Of a stretch of DNA of 64,000 bases, positions 10,401-22,000 are shown piece by piece; positions within the stretch are counted from its first letter, which is position 1; the number at the start of each line of letters is the position of its first letter. Below the pieces are notes generated by a model. The model worked only from the letters and a program-made list of their open reading frames with translations, was not told where the DNA came from and ran no database searches. A program made the translations under genes and the position numbers. Origin of the DNA: a virus. The stretch lies in IMG/VR virus record IMGVR_UViG_3300009157_000001, positions 1 to 64,000 of that record. One strand, 5' to 3'.

Positions 10401-13004
10401 GAGTACTCAGAAGCTGCCAGGATCTTGGTTGAACATGAGGTAGCTACAGCTCCTACAGAAGCTGTTCCTACGGAAGTAGAGGAAAAGCCAGAACTTATCT
10501 TGGCAGAACCTCAGGATGTAACCACAAAGACTCCCTGGGAGGAACTCCCGGAAGAAGTTAGATTACAACTAGAACCTGTCTTTGCAAGACATCTGGAAAA
10601 ACAAAAAGAACTTGGTCCTATAGAGGATTTTATTATACCAGGAATGAGACAGAACTGGATGTTAATAAATCCTAAAGTTCGGGAAATAATCAATGCTTAC
10701 CGGTTAAAATACAAGATGCAGGCCCTGGAAGGATCCAAGAGAATACTTCCTCCCGTAATTAAACTAATGCAACTATCCTCTCAACAGGTGGGAGAGATGT
10801 CTATTGATCAGCTAGACAAACTTCTTGATAAGATTCAGGATAGACAAAACAGAGCAAAAGACAAGAAAGAGCCGGAGCAACAGGTAGAGATCCGTGAAGT
10901 AGACATTAGAAACTTACAGGAGTATATTGACTACAGAAGATCCCTGGCTCCAAAACCTACATCAAAGGACAAACTTATTGATACTATAGAACGAATCAAG
11001 ATTGCTCAGACCCAGGTTCAGGGAAGGAGTGAGGATGAGAAATTCTATATTGTCAACGGCACCCCTTACAAGAGAGTCACTACAGTTATCGATCCTTTAG
11101 AAAAGGAGATCACAGGTAAGGCTGATTTCATGTATCCCGGAGTACAATCCGGACTGGATGTGTATAATCAAACAATAGGAACTGGTCAATCTCTTCAGAC
11201 TTTCATAGATCAATTTAAGGCTCTAAACCTGAAGCAGTTCAATCCCAGGAAGTATGATCTATTACAAAAAGCTCTTGAGAAGGATAGTTCAAGTGAGAAC
11301 CTTGTAAAACTTCTGAATGAACTTTCTTATGATGATTCTAGAATTGCGGGAAACACTGTAGATGCTGCAGTTAGAGAATTCTTCCAGACCGGATCTATAA
11401 AGACTAAGTCTGAAGGGATGACTGAAGGGGCTTTTGTAGATTTACTTACTAATCTGAAACTTCTTGAAAAAGAGTTTGATAAGAGAGGTCTGGCAATCAT
11501 GGCAGAGAACATTGTAATTTATGATCCTAATCTTCAGATAGCAGGAGAGGTAGATATGCTTGCTGCAGATAGAGAGGGTAATGTTTATGTCTTTGATATC
11601 AAGACTTCCAGGAAGGATAAATGGGAGGCTTATGAGGATCTGAAGAACTTCAAATCCAATAAGATAAAACACCAGTTACAACTTTCTGCTTATGGAAATA
11701 TTCTATTCAATAATTACGGCATTGATGTAAAAGGCCTTGGTGTAGTACCTTTTGAGATAAAGTATGATACAGATGGAAACATCCAGGAACTAAAAATTCC
11801 TAGTTTTGATGTAACTAAACCTGAGAAAGGATCTATAGTATATGCTTCACCAGGTTTGGGCAAGACCACCCTGGCCGAGAAGTTCCCCAGGCAATATGTT
11901 GATGCAGATAAAGTTTTGTACAACTTTCTCTTAGAAAATAAAATACCCACCGAGTCTGCTCAAAAGTCCGGAATAAACTTTGCAAATTACTTATCAACCC
12001 AGTCTGCTGAGATACAGGAGAGTTTGAAAAATCAGGTCCGGGATCTGTTACTGCAAGCTAAGGAAAAGGGCAAGATCGTACTTACCAGTAACTTCTGGGC
12101 ATATGACATGGCTGATCAGATATATCTTACAAAGGACCCAGAAAGGATTGCTAAGGAGTTTGAGAAAAGGGGAGATAGTCCAGAAGAAGCTCTGGCAGCA
12201 GCTAAGAGAATTGTTGCAAAAGAAACTGCCAGGTTTGAGTTAGAGGGAAAAGAATTTGTTATTGTTCCTGAAGGGTCTTTTGTCGAAGATATCATAGACA
12301 AGACCCCTACCATAATCCCTTTAGAATATATACCTGAGATAGAGAAGGTAATACCCAAGAAAAGAGTAAAAGGAGCTGCTGAAGAAGAGATCATAGAACC
12401 ACCTATATCTGAACCAGATGTCTTTGAGAAGAAGGCTCCTCTATCAGGTATGAATGCAGAACAGGTCAGGAAGATGATCCAGGACACAAAGACTGAGCAA
12501 GAGTTAGAAAGAGTAAGAGAGATCCTCTTACAACTTCATGCAGGAGATCAGTTATCTACAATTCCTACATCTTTAGTCTCAGAACTTCTTGAGTCTAAGA
12601 GGAATGAATTAGATCAGAACCTGGATAACCTTAAAGAGGGAGATATAATCCTTACAAAGGATCCTACCAAACCAGACTTTAAAGACAGGCTTCATAAAAT
12701 AGAACAGGTTTCAGAAAACACAATAACTATCAGAAAACTCAATGCACCAAAAACAGAAATTACTACCATTAATAGGGAAGATATTCCTAAATTTGTGGAA
12801 TCCAAATGGACACCTTATATGGAAGAAAACTTACAGAAACCTGAGGTCACACCGCAGGAGAAGGTACTTGCCTCAGAGACCAAAACAGACAATCTCGATT
12901 TCACATCAGATACCGGTGCTATAAAGGATCTGGCAGATAAGACAGAGAAGAAGGACAAGAAAGAGATTAATGATGAGTTCATTAAAGGATTAGGTTGTAA
13001 ATGA
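7476..13004 (+). CDS. Giant virion protein with PD-(D/E)xK nuclease and P-loop kinase-like domains
   Basis: 1842 aa; Gly-rich hydrophobic segments in the N-terminal third; IAGEVDML...VFDIKTS...QLSAY nuclease motifs (~11040-11800); ASPGLGKTT at 11844-11870. Confidence 0.75.
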   Translation: MPEQDKIPLPASPLLGNILAPQERLTPKVLESDTFTSSIPDPGPAAYVAQKSKSMDSMEMAKLAKDFLRKAPEYAYEEAPYTKVHSYGASHYHKNFERYYNKAEFKNLGFSPFRDNESIYNDNTSGWSDFKRATGQWGRLAGTGFKSAIRSWGDILTGEFDSADLESAKEFEKAMSVGQSSRGGLSGFVANTFLSSGYTFGIMGEMILESAVFGVLTGGASVAARLPAQLAMLARTGQKFGSVATMAEQVKNTTQAMKNLENLQTAKNFWETTKGVGKTLLPTETISYLANAGKAEAVAGLAKNSNLFGSFYRDIREVNFALSEAKLEGGMTQRQVQDDLTNEFYNKEGRLPNEEEAGKIFQAAQQAGNTTLLTNIPAIYWTNRITFGDNLFRGFRPLAKLEKEYITAAGSKIGFNEKLAKAGKDPFSFIETNFKNAAKSLYNPRIYAKTGIKYFKANLSEGLQESMQEVISGASSDYYKSIYQDPSKANTDNMIGSVLTNTAKQFTAQGFETFMGGFLMGGLMQVAGGIPAWATTSYNKIFKPSEYQAYRDSKKTYTDKKVQDLNELYKSPLKFFAPELVNLSAQTSLSDKMGEAERQGDQKIYQDLKDESTYSHIVTAIQTGSYDIFLDRLKSIKQMDPKTISEAYGTDGNQTLADVDKIITRAEAIKKNYDLVKDNFPSPYNPGKFALNTPDRTNEELSERAWQRTLTDAVFMPYSFNRSVERMDGLLKDFTTDKAISKATSNDFSVLLDPTNLANEIGLLKAEVKTYKEATTPQGKKTGTDKKEKLSFLEDYAEKVRTYQESLAIRELASRTDLTEEDTEEIAKIQEEALTNLHKSYKEYVGHLASSTDSHSFNEAVDNSFIKIKDYYSLKQDGKNLAQAVNLLHSPEGFTEHLRRTHAFMRQEYDNRGELIKQGQDRMNKDRETNALLNRLYERGLVMTPEDLDAYLKDGSIPDVFYDIANKVPVYQGSPEYSEAARILVEHEVATAPTEAVPTEVEEKPELILAEPQDVTTKTPWEELPEEVRLQLEPVFARHLEKQKELGPIEDFIIPGMRQNWMLINPKVREIINAYRLKYKMQALEGSKRILPPVIKLMQLSSQQVGEMSIDQLDKLLDKIQDRQNRAKDKKEPEQQVEIREVDIRNLQEYIDYRRSLAPKPTSKDKLIDTIERIKIAQTQVQGRSEDEKFYIVNGTPYKRVTTVIDPLEKEITGKADFMYPGVQSGLDVYNQTIGTGQSLQTFIDQFKALNLKQFNPRKYDLLQKALEKDSSSENLVKLLNELSYDDSRIAGNTVDAAVREFFQTGSIKTKSEGMTEGAFVDLLTNLKLLEKEFDKRGLAIMAENIVIYDPNLQIAGEVDMLAADREGNVYVFDIKTSRKDKWEAYEDLKNFKSNKIKHQLQLSAYGNILFNNYGIDVKGLGVVPFEIKYDTDGNIQELKIPSFDVTKPEKGSIVYASPGLGKTTLAEKFPRQYVDADKVLYNFLLENKIPTESAQKSGINFANYLSTQSAEIQESLKNQVRDLLLQAKEKGKIVLTSNFWAYDMADQIYLTKDPERIAKEFEKRGDSPEEALAAAKRIVAKETARFELEGKEFVIVPEGSFVEDIIDKTPTIIPLEYIPEIEKVIPKKRVKGAAEEEIIEPPISEPDVFEKKAPLSGMNAEQVRKMIQDTKTEQELERVREILLQLHAGDQLSTIPTSLVSELLESKRNELDQNLDNLKEGDIILTKDPTKPDFKDRLHKIEQVSENTITIRKLNAPKTEITTINREDIPKFVESKWTPYMEENLQKPEVTPQEKVLASETKTDNLDFTSDTGAIKDLADKTEKKDKKEINDEFIKGLGCK

Positions 13005-16000
13005 ACTGTACCCTAGATAGAAAACAGCAGGAGCAATTATTTGCTAAGGTATTCAAGGATCTTCTTGATACAGTAGATAAGAGCAAAGAGTTTAACTTCA
13101 GGCTTTATGCCCGGTCTATATATGACCTTGTCCAAGGACACACGAAGGACAACACTCTTGCTCTTACCTATGTATCCTTACTTCCTCAGAACATAAGAAT
13201 GTCTGTGGGACAGAGAGCTTCTATAGCCAAGCTTGTTGCTCCTACCTTTTCAGAGATTGTTGATCTTGAGTCTCAGTTTGAGGATTTGGAAACTGTAACC
13301 GAGTACTTGGGTATATCAGAACAAGCTGTCAAAGATATACAAGTATCAGTAAAAACTGATAGTGAATTAACAGGAACACCTATTCCTAAGGATACTCTGG
13401 ATAAGAGAGATATTACTTTTCAGGCAATGCCTCTTAGTCCTCTTGCAACTTGGGGTCAGGAGGGATACTTCATAGATTTTGAAAGAGATCCTGCAGAAAG
13501 AAGAGCTCTCAAAGATGTTCCGGATCCCGAGAAGAAATGGCATTATGATGTGACAAGAAAGATCCTTCGGGATACCCGGGATGGGAAAAAACCCAATCTC
13601 TATGTGTCAGTAATCTCTTCCACAAGAATACCTGAGGATTCTGTATATCCTGAATTCAGAGATCCCAAAAGAAGGGCTGCTATTGAAAGATACGGAATGG
13701 ATCATAGTATAGCACTTGCTATAACTGATGGAATAGGAAACCTTGTATACTTTGATGATAACTTTGAAATCACCTCTCAGGATAAGGGTAAGGTTGCTTA
13801 TACCTATATGAGGATTCCGAAACTTGAGAAGAAAGAATTCATCCTGGATTTTGGTGAAGTTGTTTCTATAGAAGATCTTTTAAGAAAAGAAGATACACAA
13901 AGAAGAGACAATGGAGTTCCTCCTTATACTGAGAAGGAAGCCAATATTAGAAGAAAAGAACTACACAGACAAAGACAGGAGCAGTTCAGGCTTCTATATG
14001 AGATATCGCAGTACATAAAGTCAGATCCTTTAAACAATATCACTACCAACATTACTGGAGGAAGTTTTGGCTATTTCAATAATGAAGTACTTACTCCTTT
14101 ATCTGCAACCAATGTTTCAGATCAGGAGATCTTGGGAATAAGATTTGAAAGAGATCAAGGTGAGAATGCAGGGTATTCTGTAATCAAACTAAACAATGTA
14201 GATAGAACAATCAGGGTAGACCGGCCAGAGATGACTTCAGATATTGCCGAGAAGATAGCCGATGTCCTTACAAAATCTCTCGAGGTAGAAGGAACTCCCA
14301 TGTTTCCTAGTGACAGAGCTTCTTATGCTAAGCAGTTTCTGTATTTCAAGAAGAAACCCGATCCCAGTCAACCTATATTCATAGAAGCAGATGATCGTGC
14401 TAATACCTTAGTTATATCTCTTGCAGGAGAGAGAATTGAGTTATCTACCTTGAAGACTCCTGTAGAGGTAGAGAATGCTAAAAATAGGATAGTTCAGGCT
14501 TTAATGACTGCAGTATCCACAAAGACAGGCAAAAGACCTGTCAGAATGAATATTAACGGTGACCACCTGAAAACAGGTCAATATATAGACTATGAAATCT
14601 CAGGAGATAATGCCACAAGGCAGATTAAGAGCTATGCTCAGTTTCTTAGGGATACGACTAGTATATATGCTCAGGTTAATTCCAATGGAGATATATCTGA
14701 GCTTAATGCTTATCTTACTTTTTCTGTGCCTGATTCTGAATTGGGTAAAATTAGAGGGGATAAGTCTCCTGAAGAGGTTACATCGCCACTTAATACAGAA
14801 GTCCAATACAGAAGAGTAGAACCGGGAAGTGAGATAGATAAGATCCTTAGAGGAAGTCCTTTAGACAAGAAGGAGACAGGGGATCCCGATCAATTCTTGG
14901 ATGCCCTTAAGAAACTCAAGGCTATTCCTAATGATGCCAGTAAACAGCAGATACTAGATGCTAAAACCTGGTATGAGACAAGTCCTTTAAGCAAGCATGT
15001 CCCATTTACTGAGATGTTCAATATAGTGAACTCAGATGCTTTTGCTCAATGGACTGTTGATGGAATTACTCTATTTGAGGGATCCAATTATACTGATCTT
15101 TATCATGAAGCCTGGCACGGGTTTAGTCAGTTATTTCTAAGCCGGCAGCAGAAGAGGGATCTTTATAAGGAAGCCCGTAAGCTTTCAGGATCCTTCAAAA
15201 CTTACTCAGGTACCAATATTCCTTTTTCACTTGCCAGTGATCTTCAATTAGAAGAACACATAGCAGAGGACTTTAGAAAGTATGTTATTTCTAAAGGTAA
15301 AAGTATTCTGGGAGGAAGGCCTCATAGGAATTCTATATTTAGAAGAATTCTCAATTTCTTAAGAGAACTCTTTTTTGGGGTCACTATGACAGAGGCAATG
15401 AGTCAGATGGAGACTGTCTCAAAGATCAAAGATCTTTATGATAAGCTCTACCTGGGAAATCTCAACGAGTACAGATCTTCTATAGACAATGTCCAGTTTG
15501 GAAGACTTAACAAAGGACTTCAGTCATTAACTAATCCTGAAGATACTCTCTCCTTAGAAGATTCCCGTACTCTTGTGGAAAGTGTTGATTCACTATTATC
15601 TGAGGCAGTAAACAAAAAGAATTTCAGGGATACCACCCATAGATTTACTACTACTCTCTTTACAGACAGAGAAAATCTCAGGAATGCTTATGCTTATGTA
15701 AAGGCCAGACTTACTCAGTATTATAATGATTGGGTTATAAAGGCAGAGGAGGAAGAGAATCCTTTTGTTAAAGAACAGTATTTAAGTAAGGCCCGGATTC
15801 TGGGATTTGGTATTGACAATTATGGGAATATTGACCAGGTTCTTGCTGGTAAAGAGACAGAGGGACTAGTTGCTTATCAAAGACAGAAAAGCAGGTATCT
15901 GGGAGTATCAGAAAAGTTATATGATATTGGAGAAGATCCTTCTAACAGTGAGGAAGCAATTAAAGGAACCTTAAGAGTAGGAGATAGATCAGGTAATGAG

Positions 16001-19000
16001 CTTTCTCTCAAGCAACTTGCACAGGGACAGACTCTATATCTGATAAGAAGTGTACACAAAATCCGGGATGGCAAATCTGTACTAAACAAAGTAGGTATTC
16101 CAGAACTTGCTGATTTTGATAAAGTCTGGAATAGTCTTGTAAGAACTCTTGCAGGAAGTTATGAACCCATGGAGATATTCAGAAGGTTAAATGAGTATAA
16201 GAACATTCACCCCGAGTTTGCTCAGATCTTAGACAAGCTCGGTACTCCATACAAGGATTATGCAAACATACCTTCAGGAGAAGGGGATAATGCAGAGTTT
16301 GATCTTTGGACCGGTTTCTGGCAGGACTTTAACAAACCCAGGATATCTCTTGTACAGTTAGTAATAGACCGAGTAGAAACTAAAGTAGGAGGAGAAGTAA
16401 CAGAGATCAAGTATGATATGAGGGGAGGGGAAGTATCTGCAGATTTCTACAGGGTAAAATCCAATTGGAAAAACAAGTTCCGGGTTGATGATCCTACTCA
16501 AAATCCTTACATTAAGAAGGATCTGACTAAGGTAAATTATCTGGATTTGCCCAAGATTATATCTACTTTCTCAGAAAAGGGAAAGGTCCCTAAAGACAAG
16601 ACTTTTGATTTTTTAAGAGCAATAGGATTTTACTTAGATGACAAGCCTGACATAAGAGTTCTGGTATCAGATAAGTATGAGGATTTTGGTGTGAATTGGT
16701 TACTCAAGGCTCTCGTAGCTGCAGAAGAAGCAAAGGTGGTGATTAGTGATCCCATAGACTTTTTGGAATCATCTCATCCAAAGATAGGTATAGAATCTAA
16801 CAGCTCCGGACGGGTAAAAAAGATACTATCTTTTCACTCCAGAGTATCAGATGAGTTCTCAAATTTCAGTTCAATAAACCCTGAAAATAATAGGGAATAT
16901 GAACACTCTCTTAACAACAGCATGACCAAGATGGTTGAGGGAGTAAATAGAGGAACCAAATATCAGGACATGAGGGATATCCCCAAGATGAGTTATCTGG
17001 ACTCCCGGAGAAATCCTTTTGTCAAGTCATCTGTACTTTTGAATTCCATATTTATTCTGGATGTTCCTGAAACTGATTCTAGATATGGACAGAGAAGAAA
17101 GAGCAACCTTGAGGAAGGTAGCAAGGTCGTCACTCTGAAACTTGAGAACCTTTCTGGTACACAACTTCTAGTCAATTCTTTATATCCAGAGATTGGAGTA
17201 AAGACTAGTAAGTCAGATAGGACAACTAAGTTCCTGGAAGACTTTCATATGCTATTGCTTCACGGAAGAAGTGAGGTAATAAAACATGCATCTAAAAGTA
17301 CCTCTTACGATCTTGTGGTAGACAAGATTATAACAGATCCTACTAAGAAAGATTCAAACCTTTATGTTGATATTGACACATTTGTCTCAAGATCTGGAAG
17401 TGATGACTATAGTGGTTTTGGGCAGGCTTTTGATATTCTAATGAAATACCTGGGAGCAGAACTCAGTAGAGTACATGAAGTCCGGACCAACAAGGATATA
17501 TACAAAAAAGCCAAGGGATATAACAGACCTGTTGAAGGAAAAGATGATAAGGGAGAATCCCTGATAGCAGGAGAAGTGCTTACTGCATTTGATGATATCT
17601 TGTCTCAGGATGTTAAACAGAAATTATATACCTTGATAAAAACTGGAGAGTTTGTAGTAGAGATTCAAAAGGACAAGTATAATGCTCTAAAGATTAAGAT
17701 AAGAGAACAGGTAAAGAACTACTTTGATAAGCAGGTTTCTCTCAATGAGGAAATCATGAATGAGAACCGGTATATTCATCCTGAGATTATAAAGAAGATT
17801 TCTTCTAAAAGACCTAATCTTCCTCCAGGAGATATGCAGAAGGCTGCACTAAGGGCCTTTACTTATAACCAGTGGATGCATAATTTCGAGTCAACTATAC
17901 TTATCTATGGAGACTCTGCCCAGTATAATCATGACAAGAAAGAGTTTGTTAAAAGAAATTCAGGAGCTGCTTCCACAGGATATGTATTTAGAACAGACCA
18001 AGGTGCCCAGGACTTTATAAATAACTATTGGTCAAGACCTTATACCAAATCCAAGAATCTTCCTGTTTCTCGGTATGATGGTACTATGAATACTTCAGTA
18101 CTCCAGGATATGGAGATACAGTCTATATATCTTCCTCAGTATGAGAAAGCTCTAAGAGACTATTTTACCAAAAGATATTCTAAGTCCAAGTTATCTGACA
18201 AGGAAAGGAAGAAGATAGTAGAAGAAAGAGTACAAAGTGCCATAGAACCCTATACTAAAATGAAAGAAGGAGATGGTCAGGGTTGGGTAGGATTTGATGC
18301 ATATAGAATACTTAGAAAACTGGAGAACAAATGGAGCGACAGGCATGAGAAACTCTACCAGGATATCATTGCAGGTAGAGAAGTATATGAGGATATCACA
18401 TCTTTCTTCCCTGTCTACAAAGCTCAATACTATGGCCCTTTGGCTAACCAGATCAAAGAAAACGGTCTTCCTATAACAGCTATGCATAAGTTCTCATTAT
18501 TTCCTCTGATACCTACAGTTATAAAAGGTACTGAGCTTGAGAAGATGCATGATAAAATGATGAGGGAAGAAGTAGATTATACTCTTTTTGAGTCAGGATC
18601 TAAGGTTGGATCTGTTACTTCTGACGGAAGACCTGATGCTTATTATACTATAGACTCTGAAGGAAACCGTAGACTTAATGAGGAAGTGCCTTTTACAAAG
18701 AATACTATCTATCTTGACTATCTCAAAGATCAGGTGGATATAGCAGATGAGTACAAGGGTAATGCTACTTTCTCTACTCAGCTCAGGAAACTGATCATAT
18801 CCGGATTATTTGAAGGAGGTAGCCCTGTTAATAAAGAAGCAGGAGAAATAGCAGATAGGTATATAAAAAATATAGATCTGCTTACAGAACTCAAGAAGCA
18901 AGAACTTCTTAGAGAAGCTGGATGGCAAGAGGATGAGGATGGTAATATCTCCGGACCCATGAGAAATCTCCTGGAGATTGCCAGGACTACTTTATCGGCC

Positions 19001-22000
19001 CGTGACTTTTCTGATCATGAGCTTGAGTTCCTGGACTACAACGAAGAAACTGGGGATATTGCATTTGATCTGTCCTTGCATCCAAGTTCTGAACAAATAG
19101 AAAAGATTCTTACTGCTCTGATTGCTAATAGACTTGTCAGACAAAAAATAAGAGGAGAAGCTCTGGTTCAGGTATCCACTTCTATGTTTGAGAAGAAAGC
19201 TCTCATTGAAAGACATTTCAAGAATCCTAGTCAGGATGATTTAGACAAGTATGGTACAAATGATCTCCCCAGTTATAGGAAACCTCTCAAAGAAGAAAAT
19301 CCAGATTATTCTGAGAAGACTCTTGCTATGAAAGTTAAGATTGCCCTGCAAGGAGACTTTGGAAATCTTTTGAAACTCAGGCATAAAGACGGAAACAGAA
19401 TAGGAACAGGTTCTCCTGAAGAACAATTAAGAAGATTAAATGAGACTATCCGTGATGAAGAGTGGTTGAATAAAGATAAGAATAGGAAGATGGTTACTAT
19501 GGTAGGGGCCCGGATTCCAGTTCAAGGACTCAACTCCATGGAATTTATGGAGGTATATGAGTTTCTACCTACCTCAGCAGGTTCCGTTATAGTTCCTCCT
19601 TCTGAGATAGTTGCTAAAGCTGGTGCTGACTTTGATATTGATAAGCTTACTATCTTCATGCCTGCTATTAGTAAGAATGGAAGTTATCTTAGTAAGGACT
19701 TTGATTCCATAGAAGCAATAGAGAAGAGGATCCGGGAAGTAGAATCTGAGAAAGATACTGCTTATAACAACCTGGGTAAAAGATTTGATGAGGCTAAAGT
19801 AGCTTTCAAAGCAGGAAAATCTCTGGAGACAGATAAGATGAGAGAACTTCTTATTGCTATGGAAGTAGCTACAGATAGAAGAGCTCAATTACTAGATAAC
19901 ATCCGGGAGAACTTAACCCAGATAGAAGGATATACCAGAGTACCTAAAGAATTAGTAGGAGCAACAGGCATGGGGGATATTGAGTTACTAAGAGCTCTTA
20001 ACCAGGTCAATTCAGGACTCAGAAAGTTAAAAGATATTGATGAAAGTGTACATGAGGATTTTCTTGCTATAAAAAGTCTCAGAGAAGATATCGATTCAAT
20101 TAGGGAAGAACTGGAAAGTTCTGCAGGCAAGAATGAAACCTTGTATAAAAAGTACTCTGACTTAAGACAACAGGTCCGGGAACAACTTACTCCGTATAAA
20201 GATCAACTAAGATATCTCAATGAACAGAAGACTAAGTTCATGAGCACTGTAGAAAATGCAGTTATTGAGGATATAAGAACTATTCTAGAATTACCTCAGA
20301 ACTTTGTCTCTTTGATTCGACCTAATAACACAGACATAGCCAAACCAATTTCTGAGAATCTAGAACCTCATGTAAGTAAGTACAATCCCAATATGAGGAT
20401 CTCTGATACCACAAGTAAGAGATTTAGCCCCACCAGGATATTTGAGGCCGGGTACAATCTTTATGTTCATGAAACTAGTAATATAGCTGGAAAGGCTTTG
20501 GGGATAGCTGCAGTAGAAAACACCTATGATTCTATATTTGATCAAATAGGAGCATACTTACAGGAAGGTTATACATATACTACTAGAAAAGGTAAGAAGC
20601 AACCCAGGAGGATCAAGATCCTATTAAATCATAATTCTCAGATATATACTGACAATACAGGAGTAGAGAAGACTGGTATATCACTTTCCAGTCTGTATGA
20701 TGCAAACGGAGAGCACAGAGTATCTGATATCATCTCCCAGATCATGAATGGTCTGGTTGATATTGTGAAGGACACCTGGGTATCTAATATTCAGGGAAAC
20801 AATGAAATTATGCCAGTGTTTCTCTTCCTTCTCAAAACAGGAGTACCGGTTAAAGAAGCTGCATGGTTTGTTTCTCAACCTTTGGTTCTTGAGTATGTAA
20901 AACAACAAAGGTTGATGAAGTCCACCTTTGCAGAGCCTCTCGGAAGAGTACCGAGAGATTATCAGGGAAAGATAAATTACAACTTCTTCCGTGTCAGGGC
21001 CCGGGAAGCTATCACAACAGAACTGCTGGGTAAAGAATTTACAGTACTTGATTTATACAAGGAAATTGTGAATAAGACAGGAGAGGAAACTATAAAACCA
21101 GAGACTATAGAGAAGATAGTTACTACCCAAGACAGATCATCAGAAGATGCTGTTAAGGCATTTCTGCACTATATTGAAATTGAGGAAATGATGAAGGGGA
21201 TACAGGAGCTCAAGTTTGCCACAAATGTGGATACCAAAAGATCCACAAGTCTCTTTGATGCCATTATGAGAACAGTACGGATAAATTCTCTTAGAGAGAA
21301 CTCCCGACTAGCTCCTGAGTTAGTAGATAAAATAATGGATGAGTCTGTCATAGGAAGTTTCTTTGTACAGGACTTCCAGGTAAAACTTTTAGGCAAGTTA
21401 TTCAAATTCAGAAACAATGACATAGTAAATACTTTTCTCAAGGATAAGCTTAATAGAAGTCAAGCAGATGTGGAGGACACCTTTGATGACCAGGAAGAAT
21501 TTGTCAGGACATTTAAAAATGATCTGGTCTCTTTTGTCTTCCAGAATCAGATCAAAGGATTTAACCTAAGTCATTTTAAGACTTACAAAGGTTTCGATGC
21601 TACAACAGAAGTCCCTATCAAACTTATAGACAAGTTAGATTTTGGAGCTTTTGTTAAAGAGGATGTTATGTATATAGATAAAACTCAGTTAGAGAAAGAC
21701 TGGGAGTCAGGGTTATATACCAAGTCCAATAAGGAAAAGAATAACTATAACAGCAGAGGACTAGCTACTCTAGATCCTACTACTTTTACCTGGCAGGGGG
21801 TTAAGAACAAAAATGAGTTCTTCCATTTTGTGGTAGAGAGAGAATACTTAAGAAGTACAATACCTTTTTCTGACTATAGAAAAACTCTTGAGTTCAAAAG
21901 AGCCAATTTACTAAATCAGCAGATTCCTAAACTGGAAGGGGAAAACCAGGAAAGCTTTGAGAGGAGAGTTAAGAAGATTACTTATGAGGAGACTCTTAGA

